From the NCBI GenBank assembly GCA_013265495.1, contig MU063893.1, positions 310,001-374,000 on the forward strand: a stretch of DNA of 64,000 nucleotides, given 5' to 3'. The notes under the pieces are model-generated. The model searched no databases, was not told the origin of the DNA, and worked only from the letters and a program-made list of their open reading frames with translations. The translations under genes and the position numbers were made by a program. Shown here one piece after another: positions 62,365 to 64,000 of this stretch; the stretch's first letter is position 1, and each line of letters begins with the position of its first letter. The DNA comes from Vicugna vicugna (lineage: Eukaryota).

Positions 62365-64000
62365 TATATTATACACAAAATCTGAATATGTAATATGGTA
62401 TATGTTGCTTCAGAGAAAATTAGATTTTATATGCCCAATTTTAAAAGAAAGTAGTATTTGCTTTTGAAGGAAGACATTTAAGAAGAACCAAAACCCTACC
62501 TGTATTACTGTTACACTGTTTCATAATCTTTGAAAACATGGTACTGATTTTAAATATCTCTTGGAGGAATCTATTAATAAATCTTTGCTGGTGTCACCCC
62601 ACATGACAACAATGCTTTTGGCCTCTGTGCTCCTGACAGACTTCTAACCAGAATCTTCCTGGCTGTTTCTGTTCCAACAGCTGTGTTGATCTCACGTCTG
62701 ATTGCCTGATGAGATCGCAACCAGTTCATTGACATACAGCTTCGCTCTCCTCCAAATTAACTGATTTTTGTGAAATAAAAAATAATCATACTGGGAGGAA
62801 AGGATGACCTTCAGAATGTTTTATACTCTGAAAAGCAAGGAAAAATTGTACAAGCACTGTATGTATAAACCACCCTTTTCAGTTTGGGGCAATACAGCAT
62901 TCCATACATAAGTGCCAAAAAAATTTTAGTGTAGTTTGATATTGTGAGTTTCTCCAAGAAATTATGAAATAGATGATCTGTTTCTGAGGGTCCTACATTT
63001 TCTCCATAGCAATTCATGCCCCTGTTGCCCACTTAACTACCCTCCCCCAGAGCATTCCCTTTGGCCCATTAGTACGAGACTTTTACTTAGCGAATGTTGT
63101 TATGATATTAGCGATACTGGACATGCAGTCCCAAGACACGCTTGCATTTTAATAGAAAAATCATAAACACTGAACATTTGGAAGATTCCTATTAGTCTTT
63201 AGATACCAAGGCATGCAGTGGGAGAGATGCTTTTCAGTGAACTCTAGTTTTCTATGAATTTTATGACATTATCGGATGTCTACCCACTTTGAAATTTTAC
63301 CTTTTGTGCCACAATCTGCTCTTGGGAACTGCTGTCCCTTATCGGAACCAAAATCACTTCTAGGAAAAAAGTGAAAGAAAAAAGTTGAGTTTTTTATCAA
63401 TTCTTATTAATTTATTGTTGTTCCAGTGAAATGTTCTCATTTCATATTTTAGAATTTGAATTGCATACTGTGTTGATGAATTGTCAAATGCTATTCTTGA
63501 CTAGGTGGTTGAAAGTACTGAGACAAGAAAACCATCTGGCCATCACAATGGAAGGATTTTCCACTTTATAACATGTTATCAGTCTTTTTCAACCAAAAAT
63601 GGAAGAAGCACAATGTGGTAAGTTGTGGAATATAGATAGATATTTATTAAGTAGGTGACATTCTAGAATATCTATTCTTTGGCTTCTTCACACTCACATA
63701 TTCGCACACACACATGCACACAGTGAATCATGGGAACCTGCAAAGGGAAAAAAAGGTACCCATCGTCTGTATTTGCACCATTTACCCAGCATTCATCTGA
63801 ATCCTCAAACTATACGTTTACTGAAATGTGGATATGTTTGGAAGTTACACCAAAAGATTTTTTTTTAATAAGTATCCTTTTCAAGTTAGTGTTGGAAGAT
63901 AAGGGATGATGTTAGTGAATAAACTGCATCTGTGTCCAGAAAGAATTACAGTGGGCTGCAGAGGTGGCTTATCTAAATCTGGATAATAGTTGGACTATTT

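Larger units (their letters stand above)
58467..62400 (+). other. CHRM2: Putative CHRM2 3'UTR; 3' end inferred
   Basis: Sequence after the masked stop resembles the mammalian CHRM2 3'UTR as I recall it. AATAAA cluster at 62313, 62321 and 62359 lies about 3.9 kb past the stop, similar to my recollection of the long human UTR. Confidence 0.55.

Overview
Mammalian genomic DNA, AT-rich with no CpG island. It is most likely a camelid, inferred from L1 3' ends I recall as camel/alpaca type and the absence of recognisable Alu, BovB/Bov-tA or PRE-1 SINEs. The only protein-coding gene supported is CHRM2 (muscarinic acetylcholine receptor M2): an intronless CDS on the + strand at 57066..~58466, in a terminal exon whose splice acceptor is at 57017/57018. 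About 57 kb upstream is inferred to be 5'UTR intron, filled with decayed L2, MIR, CR1/L3, L1, LTR and DNA-transposon remnants. Downstream is the inferred long 3'UTR, containing a MER20 and several AATAAA signals. Four N blocks (15981-16277, 16331-16472, 57317-57456, 58341-58480) hide part of an L1 and the TM3/DRY and TM7/C-terminal parts of CHRM2, including its stop codon. I found no convincing new biological system. The best leads concern CHRM2 translation: a uORF, a stop-free in-frame 5' extension, and retained Met296/Met368 with loss of Met248. Others are candidate non-coding exons and regulatory islands in the intron, a nested MER82-in-MLT2 insertion and young L1 insertions with target-site duplications. 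Repeat names come from recalled consensus sequences, not from a RepeatMasker run, and repeat boundaries are approximate.
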